A program made the translations under genes and the position numbers. Of a DNA stretch of 64,000 nucleotides, positions 30,007-40,259 are shown one piece after another. Origin of the DNA: a virus. Each line of letters begins with the position of its first letter. Within the stretch, counting starts at the first letter, position 1. The stretch spans positions 1-64,000 of the IMG/VR virus record IMGVR_UViG_3300020205_002210. One strand, 5' to 3'. The notes beneath the pieces were generated by a model. It had not been told where the DNA came from. It searched no databases and worked only from the letters and a program-made list of their open reading frames with translations.

Positions 30007-31782
30007 ATGGCAAATACCTCAATTCTGATTAAACGTTCCACTACGACAGGAACACCAGCGAGTTTGGCTGCCGGTGAGTTTGCGTATTCTTATCAATCTA
30101 ATACATTGTTCCTTGGCTCACCAGCCGGTACAGGTGTAGTTAATGTTGGTGGACAATATTACACTTCACAGGTAGACAATGCAACATCTGCATCAACGGG
30201 TGGCACACTTGTTCGCCGTGATGCAAACGGTAACGCTGCGTTCGGTTACATCACAGCAACTAACATTGCCGGCTCAGTTTCTGGTAATGCAAATTCTGCA
30301 ACACAATTCCAGACAGATAGATTTATTAATATATCTGGTGGCGACATTACGGCAACAGCACAGTTATTTAACGGCACTGCAAATGCAACATTGAGTGCAT
30401 CTCTTAGTGCTGTGGCTGGACTTACTGCTGGTGTATACGGTGGTTCTACAACGGTACCTATCGTTACTGTTGCTGCAAACGGTCGAATCATGTCGATTGC
30501 CAATTCGGCAGCTATCTCAACATCTTTAGGTATTGCTGGTGACACCGGTACAGATACTGTTTCACTTGCTACAGACACACTGACATTCACTGGCGGTGTA
30601 GGTATTACATCAACAGTAACAGACAACACTGTAACTTTAGATGTTGACAATACTGTTGTTCGTTCAAACACTGCAAGCTTGAACCAGATCATTGACGGCA
30701 ATGTTCAGATTAGCGGTAACTTGAGTGTTTTAGGTACACAAACAGTTATCAACACAAGCGTATTAGAAGTTAAAGACCCATTAATCTATTTGGGTGGAAA
30801 CAATTATGTATCAGACATTGTTGATATTGGTTTTGTTGGTAACTATAATTCAGGTGCAGCGAACCTTCGCTCTGGTTTAATTCGCCATGCTGGCACAAAA
30901 GAATTCTACGCATTTGATAGTTACACCGGTAGCCTTGACAGCAATAGTATAGATGTTACAAGTGGTGGATTCAATACGGCCAATCTTGTACTCAATGTCG
31001 CTAAAGCAAATGTTATTGGTAATTATGTTAGAACATCAAGTGTTACAGCTCCAACTGGTAACCTAAGTGTTGGACCAGCTGCAAATGCAACAGTCTTCTA
31101 TTCGACAGGTAATGTTACTGTTCCAGGAAAAATTACTGCTAACGGCATAGACTTACAAGAATACATTGCAGGTGCTTACAATGTGGGTAATGCTGCAGTT
31201 ACATCAACCTCAACACTAACTTCTGGTGCAATCGTTATTGGTGCTGGTGGTAACAATGTAACTACACTATCAAACTCGACTTATACACTAACTGGTACTC
31301 TAGGTGCAGCCAAAACAATCACTTCACTTACTGTTGATGCATATGGCAGAGTGACAGCAGCGACTGCTGCCGATATTTCTGGACTAACAGTTGCTCAAGG
31401 TGGTACAGGTGCGGCAACATTCAGTAACGGTGGTCTACTGGTTGGTTCTGGTACAGGCGCAATTGGCGTACTTGCAAACTCAACCTACACACTAACAGGT
31501 ACTCTCGGCGCAGCCAAAACAATCACATCGTTGACTGTTGATGCTTACGGCCGTGTAACTGCTGCAACTGCCGGTGATATATCCGGTCTAACTGTTGCAC
31601 AAGGCGGTACAGGTGCTTCTACATTTACCTCAAAGGGTATCGTATACGGTGATGGCACAAACGCAATGGCAGTTACTGCTGCAGCAGGCACTTCAGATCA
31701 AACATTCTCTAATCAAATACTCACTGTCACAAATGCTGGTGTACCGGTATGGACAACCACTCTGGACGGAGGACAATTTTAA
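30007..31782 (+). CDS. Tail fibre-like protein
   Basis: ILIKRS...GEFAYS N-domain, fibre repeats, internal 204-bp (68-aa) duplication at about 31273/31477, DGGQF tail. Confidence 0.7.
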   Translation: MANTSILIKRSTTTGTPASLAAGEFAYSYQSNTLFLGSPAGTGVVNVGGQYYTSQVDNATSASTGGTLVRRDANGNAAFGYITATNIAGSVSGNANSATQFQTDRFINISGGDITATAQLFNGTANATLSASLSAVAGLTAGVYGGSTTVPIVTVAANGRIMSIANSAAISTSLGIAGDTGTDTVSLATDTLTFTGGVGITSTVTDNTVTLDVDNTVVRSNTASLNQIIDGNVQISGNLSVLGTQTVINTSVLEVKDPLIYLGGNNYVSDIVDIGFVGNYNSGAANLRSGLIRHAGTKEFYAFDSYTGSLDSNSIDVTSGGFNTANLVLNVAKANVIGNYVRTSSVTAPTGNLSVGPAANATVFYSTGNVTVPGKITANGIDLQEYIAGAYNVGNAAVTSTSTLTSGAIVIGAGGNNVTTLSNSTYTLTGTLGAAKTITSLTVDAYGRVTAATAADISGLTVAQGGTGAATFSNGGLLVGSGTGAIGVLANSTYTLTGTLGAAKTITSLTVDAYGRVTAATAGDISGLTVAQGGTGASTFTSKGIVYGDGTNAMAVTAAAGTSDQTFSNQILTVTNAGVPVWTTTLDGGQF

Positions 31783-31826
31783 GTTGACTATATAATGTAT
31801 TATGTTTTTTATGATAGGAGTTTGAA

Positions 31827-32516
31827 ATGGGAAATGACAAGTATATAAATTATTACATTGAGACATTGACGGCCACCATGACCGATTGTGTGATTCGAAA
31901 TGTCTCAATGCAAGCTAATGCAAAAATTACCGATGAGGTTGTTAAGGAACAGATTGAGAAGATTGATGTTTTGACAAAATCAAATGATGAGTTAAAACAA
32001 GTTATTGAAGAGTTAAAACAAAATATTAATAAAGCTGATAATGAAACAATCCAAAACTTAAAAGTTAAGGTTGCGGAAAGTGAATTGAATGTATCCAATT
32101 TAACCAATCAACTCACAGAGCTTAACAACAAATATAGAGACTATGATAGTGTAAGGAATCAGGCAACGCATGTCGATACCTTTAAGTCAGAATTGATTAG
32201 AGCCAGAGAAGAAACGAATAAAACTCGCGGAGAACTGGAAGTAAAAATCAATTCTTTGATAAGTGAGAATAATGGTAAAATTGAAGCATTAAATGGTCAA
32301 CATGAAAAGAATATTAGTTTACTGATACAAAAGCATGAAACTGAAAAGAGTGTATTCAACTCAAAGGTTGAAGAACTTGTTTCAAAAATTGAATACTTAC
32401 AACTACCTCCTGCCAAAAGAAAAAAAATTGATGAGCTAAATAAAGAAGCAACACCAACCGTACTCACGGATTTGGTCGGTGTTGATGGCGTAATCAAAGA
32501 TGGTGGAACGTTCTAA
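31827..32516 (+). CDS. Long coiled-coil hypothetical protein
   Basis: K/E/N/L-rich heptads, ggag SD, DGGTF tail. Confidence 0.7.
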   Translation: MGNDKYINYYIETLTATMTDCVIRNVSMQANAKITDEVVKEQIEKIDVLTKSNDELKQVIEELKQNINKADNETIQNLKVKVAESELNVSNLTNQLTELNNKYRDYDSVRNQATHVDTFKSELIRAREETNKTRGELEVKINSLISENNGKIEALNGQHEKNISLLIQKHETEKSVFNSKVEELVSKIEYLQLPPAKRKKIDELNKEATPTVLTDLVGVDGVIKDGGTF

Positions 32517-32520
32517 GTAA

Positions 32521-32952
32521 ATGTCAAACACAGCAATCCAGTTAAAAAAATCAGGCATAACAGGAAACACACCAAGTTCTTTATCGTTTGGTGAGGTTGC
32601 ACTTAACTATGCCGATGGAAAGCTGTTTTATAAAAATGGACTTGGTGGTACATCATTCATCACCAACCAATTTTCTTTTGATACAATCAATGCTAACAAC
32701 AGTTTGGTGTTGGCATCTGGTTATTCAGACACACTTTCGTTGGTTGCTGGTAATAATATTACCATCAGCACCAATACGACAACAAAAACAATCACATTCA
32801 ATGCAACCTCAGGTGGCGATGTTGCGCCAGCATTTGAAAAGGCTAATGCGGCTTATATTCATGCCAATGCGGCTTTTGCAAAGGCAAACACGGGTACAAC
32901 ATTATTGGATGTAGACTCTCAGATTGTTGCTTTCACTATCGCATTTAGTTGA
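32521..32952 (+). CDS. Connector/stalk protein
   Basis: IQLKKS...GEVALNY N-domain, ANAAF heptads, hydrophobic C-terminal tail. Confidence 0.65.
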   Translation: MSNTAIQLKKSGITGNTPSSLSFGEVALNYADGKLFYKNGLGGTSFITNQFSFDTINANNSLVLASGYSDTLSLVAGNNITISTNTTTKTITFNATSGGDVAPAFEKANAAYIHANAAFAKANTGTTLLDVDSQIVAFTIAFS

Positions 32953-32956
32953 CACG

Positions 32957-32963
32957 ATAAATA
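32957..32963 (+). promoter_or_regulatory. Late promoter ATAAATA
   Basis: Intergenic, upstream of 32984. Confidence 0.55.
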
Positions 32964-32983
32964 TACAATATCAGGAAATTTAA

Positions 32984-33310
32984 ATGGCAAATGTTTTTAA
33001 AAATCAACTTCAAGCTGCGGTAGGCACATCACCCGTAACAATATATACGGCAGGTGCCGGTGTTTCCACGACTGTCATTGGTATGACTATCGCAAACATA
33101 TTGAATGTACCTATAACAGCAAATGTTATTGTAACTTCTTCATCTTCAGATTACTATATGGTTAAGATGGCAACTATCGATCCGGGAAGTTCACTAATCA
33201 CAATTGGTGGTGAACAAAAGCTTGTTCTGGAAGCCACAGATTCACTTAAAGTATCTACAAGCAACGCATCGGCAGCTGATGTAATTCTAAGTCTGTTGGA
33301 AATAACGTAA
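32984..33310 (+). CDS. ~110-aa adaptor protein (paralogue 1)
   Basis: MANVFKN...IDPGSSL...KLVLEATDSL; similar to 37431, 39894 and 42035. Confidence 0.65.
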   Translation: MANVFKNQLQAAVGTSPVTIYTAGAGVSTTVIGMTIANILNVPITANVIVTSSSSDYYMVKMATIDPGSSLITIGGEQKLVLEATDSLKVSTSNASAADVILSLLEIT

Positions 33311-33311
33311 C

Positions 33312-36300
33312 ATGAAGTTCTCCTATATCGGCAACCAGGAAAACAAAGATGTAAGAATAGCGGGTTCGTATGCGAACTCTGCATTCTCACACGCTAATGC
33401 TGCTTTCCTTGCGGCCAACACTAGTGGTGGTGGTTCAGTAAGTGTTGGAACAATAGCAATAACTGTTGACAACTTTACATCAAACGGTAATACGACCACA
33501 TACACATTAAGTACAACACCAACAGCTGAGCAATATGTAACAGTTGGTGTTGATGGTTTAACTCAATTTCGTAATACATACAACACTTCCGGCAACATAA
33601 TAACATTTGATTCCGTATTCGAAAACGGAGCAAACATAGAAGTCACAACAATAACATCAGCTATTGCTGTAGAGACTTCTGCGAATACAACAAATGCGGC
33701 CTTTGCAGTTGCAAATAGTGCTGCACAATATGCTAATGCGGCTTTCGTACAAGCCAATGCTGCATTTGCAGTTGCTAATTCTGGTTCAGGTGCAGCATCA
33801 GCTGGGTTATATGCTAATGCGGCTTTCATTCAAGCGAACACAGCCATAGATAATGCTGCTAGTGCAAGTCTATATGCTAATGCTGCGTTCTTAGCAGCCA
33901 ATAATGCTGTTGATACTTGGGTTAGAGATGCTGCTAATGCTGCCAGTTCTTATGCAAACTCAGCGTATACACAGGCAAACACTGCAACTACAAATGCAGC
34001 AACAGCAGATAATAAAGCTGTAACATCTGGTTCATATGCTAATGCATCATTCTTACATGCCAATGCTGCCTTTGCTGTTGCTAATTCTGGTTCAGGTGCA
34101 GCGTCAGCTGGATCATACGCTAATGCGGCTTTCATACAAGCCAATAGTGCATATGAATTGGCAAATGCTGTTGCAGGTGGAGGCACACTACTAATTCAAA
34201 CTGACAATTTTACTGCAAACGGAAACACAACTACCTTTGGGTTAAGTGTAGTACCTGTTTCTGAAGCCTATGTAACAGTTGGTTTAAATGGTCTAACTCA
34301 ATTTCGTAATACATATACTATCACCGGTAATATAATAACCTTCGATTCCGTATTTGAAAACGGATCAAACCTGGAAATTACCACAATCTCTGGTGCTGGC
34401 ATTACAGTGTTGGCGTCAGCAAATAATACTAATGCTGCTTTCTTGCAAGCAAATGCGGCCTTCCTTGCGGCTAATAATGCAATAGATACATGGGTTAGAG
34501 GTGCTGCCAATTCAGCTGGTCAATACGCAAACTCAGCTTACACTCAGGCAAATACAGCAACTACTAATGCATCAACAGCCGATGGTAAGGCAGTAACTGC
34601 TGGTTCATATGCTAATGCGGCCTTCTTACAAGCAAACACAGCAACCAATGATGCAGCTAGTGCAAGTTTGTATGCCAATGCTGCGTTCTTAGCAGCCAAT
34701 AATGCTGTTGATACTTGGGTTAGAGATGCTGCTAATGCAGCCGGTTCATATGCCAATTCAGCATATACACAGGCAAACACCGCAACCACTAATGCATCAA
34801 TAGCTGATGGTAAAGCGGTAACATCCGGTGTGTATGCAAATTCGGCTTTCTTACATGCCAATGCTGCCTTTGCTATTGCAAATTCTGGTTCAGGCGCAGC
34901 TTCGGCTGGCACTTATGCGAATGCGGCTTTTATACAAGCCAACAGTTCATATGAATTGGCGAATACTATTGCGAGTGGTGGAACATTATATATTAATGTA
35001 GACAACTTTACATCAAACGGCAATACGACCACATATACTTTAGGTGTGACACCGGTAACCGAATCACATGTAACGGTTGGTGTTGATGGTCTTGTTCAAT
35101 TTCGCAACACATATTCAGTTGTTGGCAACATAATAACATTTGATTCCGTATTTGAAAACGGAGCAAATCTAGAAATTACGACATTATCTGGTACTGGTAT
35201 CACAGTATTAAATTCTGCAAATAATACCAATGCTGCTTTCCTGCAATCTAACGCCGCATTTATACACGCCAACGCGGCCTTCGCTGTTGCCAATTCTGGT
35301 TCAGGCGCAGCGTCAGCTGGTTCATATGCTAATGCGGCTTTCATACAAGCCAATACAGCAATATCAAATGCTGCTAGTGCAAGTCTATATGCTAATGCGG
35401 CTTTCATACAAGCCAATGCGGCCTTCACCGCAGCTAACAATGCAGTAGATACATGGGTTCGTGATGCTGCTAATGCAGCCAGTTCTTATGCAAATTCAGC
35501 TTATACACAGGCCAATACAGCAACAACGAATGCTGCTACAGCTGACAACAAAGCAGTTACATCTGGTTCATATGCTAATGCTGCCTTTTCCCAAGCAAAC
35601 ACTGCAACTACAAATGCAGCTACAGCAGATGATAAGGCAGTTACGGTTGGTTCATATGCTAACTCCGCATTCACTAGAGCCAACAACTCTTTAAACATTA
35701 CCACCGGTGGTACAGTTACTGGTGATATTGTTGTTACTGGTAACTTAACAATTCAAGGTCAACAGACCTATGCAAACACACAAACAGTATTAATTGCAGA
35801 TAATATTATTACTCTTAATGCCGCTATAGATCAAGCTTCGGCGCCGGCGTTTAATGCTGGTATTGAAGTTGACCGAGGTTCTTCTGCAAACACATCTTTA
35901 CTTTGGAACGAATCAACGGACAAATGGGTTGCGACCAATGACGGTACAAATTATTTTAATCTTGCTTCTGATGCTGCCGAATCTTATGCCAACTCCGCAT
36001 ACACTCAAGCGAATACAGCTACGACTAATGCTGCAACAGCTGATGGTAAAGCAGTAACATCTGGTTTGTATGCCAATGCAGCTTTCATTCAAGCAAACAC
36101 AGCCATAGATAATGCTGCTAGTGCAAGTCTATATGCAAATGCAGCATTTTTAAAAGCAAATAATGCTACTGATACATGGGTAAGAGATGCAGCCAATGCT
36201 GCTAGTTCTTACGCAAACTCTGCTTATAGTCAAGCGAATACGGCTACGACAAATGCGGCTACAGCTGACAACAAAGCTGTAACATCTGGAACATATGCTA

Positions 36301-37421
36301 ACTCGGCTTTCTTACATGCTAATGCGGCTTTTGCGGCCGCGAATGCCACTGGAGGTAGTGGAACATTATTAATACAAACCGACAACTTCACATCAAACGG
36401 TAATACAACAACCTACACTTTAGGTATAACACCGGCATCTGAAGCTCATGTAACGGTTGGTGTTGATGGTTTAACACAATTTCGTAATACATATAATATT
36501 GTTGGTAATATAATAACTTTTGATTCCGTGTTTGAGAACGGAGCAAATTTAGAAATTACCACATTGTCTGGTGCTGGCATTACAGTATTGGAATCTGCAA
36601 ACAATACCAACGCAGCATTTATACATGCTAATGCTGCCTTTGCAGTTGCCAATTCTGGTTCAGGTGCAGCATCAGCTGGGTTATATGCCAATGCTGCATT
36701 CTTGCAAGCGAATACGGCAACCACCAATGCTGCTGGAGCAAGTTTGTATGCCAATGCTGCATTCATACAAGCTAATGCAGCATTCACAGCAGCCAATAAT
36801 GCTGTTGATACTTGGGTAAGAGATGCTGCTAATGCTGCCAGTTCTTACGCTAACTCCGCTTTTCTTGCTGCAAATACAGCCGACTCAAAAGCAGTAACAG
36901 CTGGTTCATATGCTAACTCATCATACACACAAGCCAATACCGCTACAACCAATGCATCAATAGCCGATGGTAAGGCAGTAACTGCTGGTTCATATGCTAA
37001 TGCAGCATTTTTGCAAGCCAATGCGGCCTTCACTGCTGCTAATAATTCTACAGACACTTGGGTCCGAGGTGCTGCTAATGCAGCCAGTTCTTACGCGAAC
37101 TCTGCATATACTCAGGCCAATACTGCTACAATAAATGCATTAGCTGCATCCACTTATGCTAACTCGGCATACGCTAAGGCCAACTCAATTTCTTCCGGGA
37201 TTACATTTACAGCCAACTCTGGTGTTCCTGTTTATGCAAATGTTGGTGACCAGTGGTGGTCAACCACCGATGATATACTCTATGAATATATAAATGATGG
37301 TACTTCAAATGTTTGGGTTGATATGTCATCTTCTGCCATAACAAGTACATCTGTTGCTTCATCTTCATCTTCAATAAATAATGCAAGGACTATCATTAAT
37401 GCATATGTCTTTGGATCTTAA
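33312..37421 (+). CDS. 1369-aa repetitive stalk/hub fibre with four ~68-aa node domains
   Basis: ANAAF heptads, 7 DTWVR(D/G)AAN units, 4 copies of DNFTxNGNTTT...DGLTQFRNTY...FDSVFENG, C-terminal GDQWW domain. Confidence 0.75.
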   Translation: MKFSYIGNQENKDVRIAGSYANSAFSHANAAFLAANTSGGGSVSVGTIAITVDNFTSNGNTTTYTLSTTPTAEQYVTVGVDGLTQFRNTYNTSGNIITFDSVFENGANIEVTTITSAIAVETSANTTNAAFAVANSAAQYANAAFVQANAAFAVANSGSGAASAGLYANAAFIQANTAIDNAASASLYANAAFLAANNAVDTWVRDAANAASSYANSAYTQANTATTNAATADNKAVTSGSYANASFLHANAAFAVANSGSGAASAGSYANAAFIQANSAYELANAVAGGGTLLIQTDNFTANGNTTTFGLSVVPVSEAYVTVGLNGLTQFRNTYTITGNIITFDSVFENGSNLEITTISGAGITVLASANNTNAAFLQANAAFLAANNAIDTWVRGAANSAGQYANSAYTQANTATTNASTADGKAVTAGSYANAAFLQANTATNDAASASLYANAAFLAANNAVDTWVRDAANAAGSYANSAYTQANTATTNASIADGKAVTSGVYANSAFLHANAAFAIANSGSGAASAGTYANAAFIQANSSYELANTIASGGTLYINVDNFTSNGNTTTYTLGVTPVTESHVTVGVDGLVQFRNTYSVVGNIITFDSVFENGANLEITTLSGTGITVLNSANNTNAAFLQSNAAFIHANAAFAVANSGSGAASAGSYANAAFIQANTAISNAASASLYANAAFIQANAAFTAANNAVDTWVRDAANAASSYANSAYTQANTATTNAATADNKAVTSGSYANAAFSQANTATTNAATADDKAVTVGSYANSAFTRANNSLNITTGGTVTGDIVVTGNLTIQGQQTYANTQTVLIADNIITLNAAIDQASAPAFNAGIEVDRGSSANTSLLWNESTDKWVATNDGTNYFNLASDAAESYANSAYTQANTATTNAATADGKAVTSGLYANAAFIQANTAIDNAASASLYANAAFLKANNATDTWVRDAANAASSYANSAYSQANTATTNAATADNKAVTSGTYANSAFLHANAAFAAANATGGSGTLLIQTDNFTSNGNTTTYTLGITPASEAHVTVGVDGLTQFRNTYNIVGNIITFDSVFENGANLEITTLSGAGITVLESANNTNAAFIHANAAFAVANSGSGAASAGLYANAAFLQANTATTNAAGASLYANAAFIQANAAFTAANNAVDTWVRDAANAASSYANSAFLAANTADSKAVTAGSYANSSYTQANTATTNASIADGKAVTAGSYANAAFLQANAAFTAANNSTDTWVRGAANAASSYANSAYTQANTATINALAASTYANSAYAKANSISSGITFTANSGVPVYANVGDQWWSTTDDILYEYINDGTSNVWVDMSSSAITSTSVASSSSSINNARTIINAYVFGS

Positions 37422-37430
37422 GGAATAAAC

Positions 37431-37787
37431 ATGGCATTAAATCTAGCCAATACAATAACAATAACGGCCAAAACGGCACTGGTTAATGTTACAACTGTTT
37501 CCGCAAATGTACTAAGTAACGCAACAAGTAGTGGACAGATTCACAAAATTAACACTATCATGTTTAATAATTATGGTGTTACGAATATCACTGCAAATCT
37601 TACAATTAATCGCAGCGCTGTTGGTGATTTTTATGTTGCTAGACTCATAACAGTTCCAGCTAGTTCTATTTTAACTGTTATTGCCAAAGACAATGCAATT
37701 TATTTGGAAGAAGGTGACACACTACAAGCACATGGTTCTGCAAATTCATCAATGCATTTGATCGTTGGTCACGAACTACTGAGTTAA
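37431..37787 (+). CDS. ~120-aa adaptor protein (paralogue 2)
   Basis: ITVPASSIL...IYLEEGDTL. Confidence 0.65.
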   Translation: MALNLANTITITAKTALVNVTTVSANVLSNATSSGQIHKINTIMFNNYGVTNITANLTINRSAVGDFYVARLITVPASSILTVIAKDNAIYLEEGDTLQAHGSANSSMHLIVGHELLS

Positions 37788-37788
37788 C

Positions 37789-38820
37789 ATGAGAACAAGA
37801 TCAAATTATGGTGTAACCGGTTCAGCAGTAACACTTTCCGCAGCAAGCACCGGTGGTTTTTTTGGTTCGGAAGATTTGCGTTTAGGTAGATTGAATAGTG
37901 TTTGGCCAGAAATATTTATTCCTGTTGTGTCGGCGGTAGAGTATCTTGTAGTAGCTGGCGGCGGCGGCGGCGGTGGATGGATAGGCGGCGGAGGCGGGGC
38001 GGGTGGATTTAAAACCGCAACAGGATTTTCAGTAAGTGCTGGAACACCTATAACTATCACGGTTGGTGCCGGCGGCGGCGCGGGCACCGGAGCTCCCGGC
38101 GGACAAGGTAACCCTGGTATAGTGGGAAGCAATTCAGTATTTTCATCTATCACTAGCTTGGGTGGAGGATATGGAGCTTCTGCGATTGGTTCATCCGGTG
38201 GTACCGGTGGCTCAGGCGGCGGCGGGGCCGATTCTGGTAGTTCATCCGTTGCCGGCGGCGGCGGATTAGGAACAGCTGGCCAAGGTAATAACGGCGGCGG
38301 CGGAATCGATGGCTCTGGCGGCGCGGCTGGTGGCGGCGGGGGAGCCGGCGCAGCAGGCTCGATTGCTGTCGCTGCTACTTATCCTTCAGGTGCTAATGGT
38401 GGTATAGGTTTACAATCTTCAATATCAGGAACATCAACATATTATGCCGGCGGCGGAGGAGGAGGTACTTTTTCTGGACCAAGCACTACCGCCGGCAACG
38501 GTGGATCAGGTGGCGGTGGTGGAGGGAGTAGCCGTACAGGTTCATCTGGCGGCACAGGAGGTATCAACGGCGGCCAAAATGGTGGAATTGGTGTAGTTGC
38601 TGGTGCTGGTGGAATTAATTCTGGTGGTGGCGGTGGCGGCGGTAACGGCGCGGGTTCTTTTGTTACTGATAATGGAGGCGCCGGCGGTTCCGGTATAGTA
38701 ATATTGCGTTATCTTGATGCATATGCAGCAGCCACATCAACCACAGGTTCACCAACAATCACAACCGCTGGTGGTTATAGGATATATAAGTTTACTAGTT
38801 CTGGTTCGATAACCTTTTAA
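37789..38820 (+). CDS. Glycine-rich domain protein; putative receptor-binding tip
   Basis: N-terminal ...VWP motif, VEYLVVAGGGGGG...GGGGAGG, GSGIVILRY, C-terminal YKFTSSGSITF. Confidence 0.7.
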   Translation: MRTRSNYGVTGSAVTLSAASTGGFFGSEDLRLGRLNSVWPEIFIPVVSAVEYLVVAGGGGGGGWIGGGGGAGGFKTATGFSVSAGTPITITVGAGGGAGTGAPGGQGNPGIVGSNSVFSSITSLGGGYGASAIGSSGGTGGSGGGGADSGSSSVAGGGGLGTAGQGNNGGGGIDGSGGAAGGGGGAGAAGSIAVAATYPSGANGGIGLQSSISGTSTYYAGGGGGGTFSGPSTTAGNGGSGGGGGGSSRTGSSGGTGGINGGQNGGIGVVAGAGGINSGGGGGGGNGAGSFVTDNGGAGGSGIVILRYLDAYAAATSTTGSPTITTAGGYRIYKFTSSGSITF

Positions 38821-38829
38821 GAAAAATAG

Positions 38830-39882
38830 ATGGCTTTTCCAACAACACCAACAAACGGACAAACAGCTTCTGTCAATGGTATTACATACCAATACAGTAC
38901 AACAAAGACTGCGTGGACTGTTGTACCAAATACATTGTTGGTACAAGCTAATGCGGCTTTTATACAAGCAAATGCAGCCTTCACACAGGCTAATACTGCA
39001 ACAAATAATGCTGCTGGAGCAAGCCTTTATGCCAATGCTGCATTCTTGGCAGCCAATAATTCGACAGATACCTGGGTAAGAGGTGCTGCTAATGCTGCCA
39101 GTTCTTATGCTAACTCTGCTTATACGCAGGCAAATACAGCAACCACTAATGCATCGGTGGCCGATGATAAAGCGGTATCTTCTGGAGTTTATGCCAACGC
39201 TGCTTTTATACAAGCTAATACAGGTACAACTAATGCTGCTGGTGCAAGTCTATATGCAAACGCAGCCTTCTTACAAGCCAATACGGCAACCAATAACGCT
39301 GCTGGAGCAAGTTTATATGCTAATGCTTCCTTTCTGCAAGCCAATACTGCTGCGACAAATGCAATAAGTGCTGGGCTATATGCTAATGCAGCATTCTTAG
39401 CAGCTAACAATGCAGTAGATACATGGGTTCGTGATGCTGCTAATGCAGCCAGTTCGTATGCGAACTCAGCATACACGCAGGCAAATACAGCAACAACGAA
39501 TGCTGCTACAGCTGACGGCAAAGCAGTAACATCTGGTTCATATGCAAACTCTGCATTCTTACATGCTAATGCTGCCTTTGAGGCAGCCAACACAGGTGGT
39601 GGTACACCAGTTAGTGTAACGACCAACAAGTTTACTGCGAATGGTTCAACAAGTACATTTAATTTAACTGTAACACCAGATAATGAAAATCTAGTTACTG
39701 CCGTTGTTGATGGTATTGTTCAACTTAGAGATACATATATACTATCAGGCAGCACCATTCAATTCGATTCAACAATTTATGCCAACGCAAATGTTGAAAT
39801 AACCACAATTAGTGGTGGTGGTGGAGGAGGCGGAGGTGCATCTTTTGGTCTAGGTTTAATAACATCTTTAATATTCAGATAA
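38830..39882 (+). CDS. Stalk protein with MAFPTTP N-terminus and one node domain
   Basis: ANAAF heptads, 2 DTWVR units, node domain near 39610-39810, GGGG-LITSLIFR tail. Confidence 0.7.
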   Translation: MAFPTTPTNGQTASVNGITYQYSTTKTAWTVVPNTLLVQANAAFIQANAAFTQANTATNNAAGASLYANAAFLAANNSTDTWVRGAANAASSYANSAYTQANTATTNASVADDKAVSSGVYANAAFIQANTGTTNAAGASLYANAAFLQANTATNNAAGASLYANASFLQANTAATNAISAGLYANAAFLAANNAVDTWVRDAANAASSYANSAYTQANTATTNAATADGKAVTSGSYANSAFLHANAAFEAANTGGGTPVSVTTNKFTANGSTSTFNLTVTPDNENLVTAVVDGIVQLRDTYILSGSTIQFDSTIYANANVEITTISGGGGGGGGASFGLGLITSLIFR

Positions 39883-39893
39883 ACGGATAAAAA

Positions 39894-40250
39894 ATGGCAA
39901 ATCCAAATTTATACACTGCAACAACGATAACTGCTAATACATTGACTGCAGCATTAACGACAACATCAACCACACAAATATTGGCCGGTTCTGCAAATCA
40001 GGTTAGAAAAATAAATACGATTATCATTGCAAACATTAACGGTGTTAACTCTGCTAGTTGCAACGTAAGTTATTTTGATGGTACTAATGATCGTGCATTT
40101 GCCAGCCAAGTTTCTATTCCAGCAGGCGCATCTGTGGTTTTAATTGATAGAAACAGTGGTTTCTATATCACAGAAGGCCAAGAAATTAGGGGTGGAGCAA
40201 GTTTAAATAGTTATTTGACTGCGCTTGTAAGTTATGAAACACTTGGTTAA
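39894..40250 (+). CDS. ~120-aa adaptor protein (paralogue 3)
   Basis: MANPNLY...VSIPAGASV...FYITEGQEI...VSYE. Confidence 0.65.
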   Translation: MANPNLYTATTITANTLTAALTTTSTTQILAGSANQVRKINTIIIANINGVNSASCNVSYFDGTNDRAFASQVSIPAGASVVLIDRNSGFYITEGQEIRGGASLNSYLTALVSYETLG

Positions 40251-40259
40251 AGGTAAAAA

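Noticed and set aside
33323-39629. Many antisense or alternate-frame ORFs of 60-150 aa in the ORF track (also throughout the window)
   Set aside because: They are shadows of Ala/Asn/Gly-rich repetitive genes (GCN/AAY codons give few stops on the other strand), with no SD and no independent motifs.
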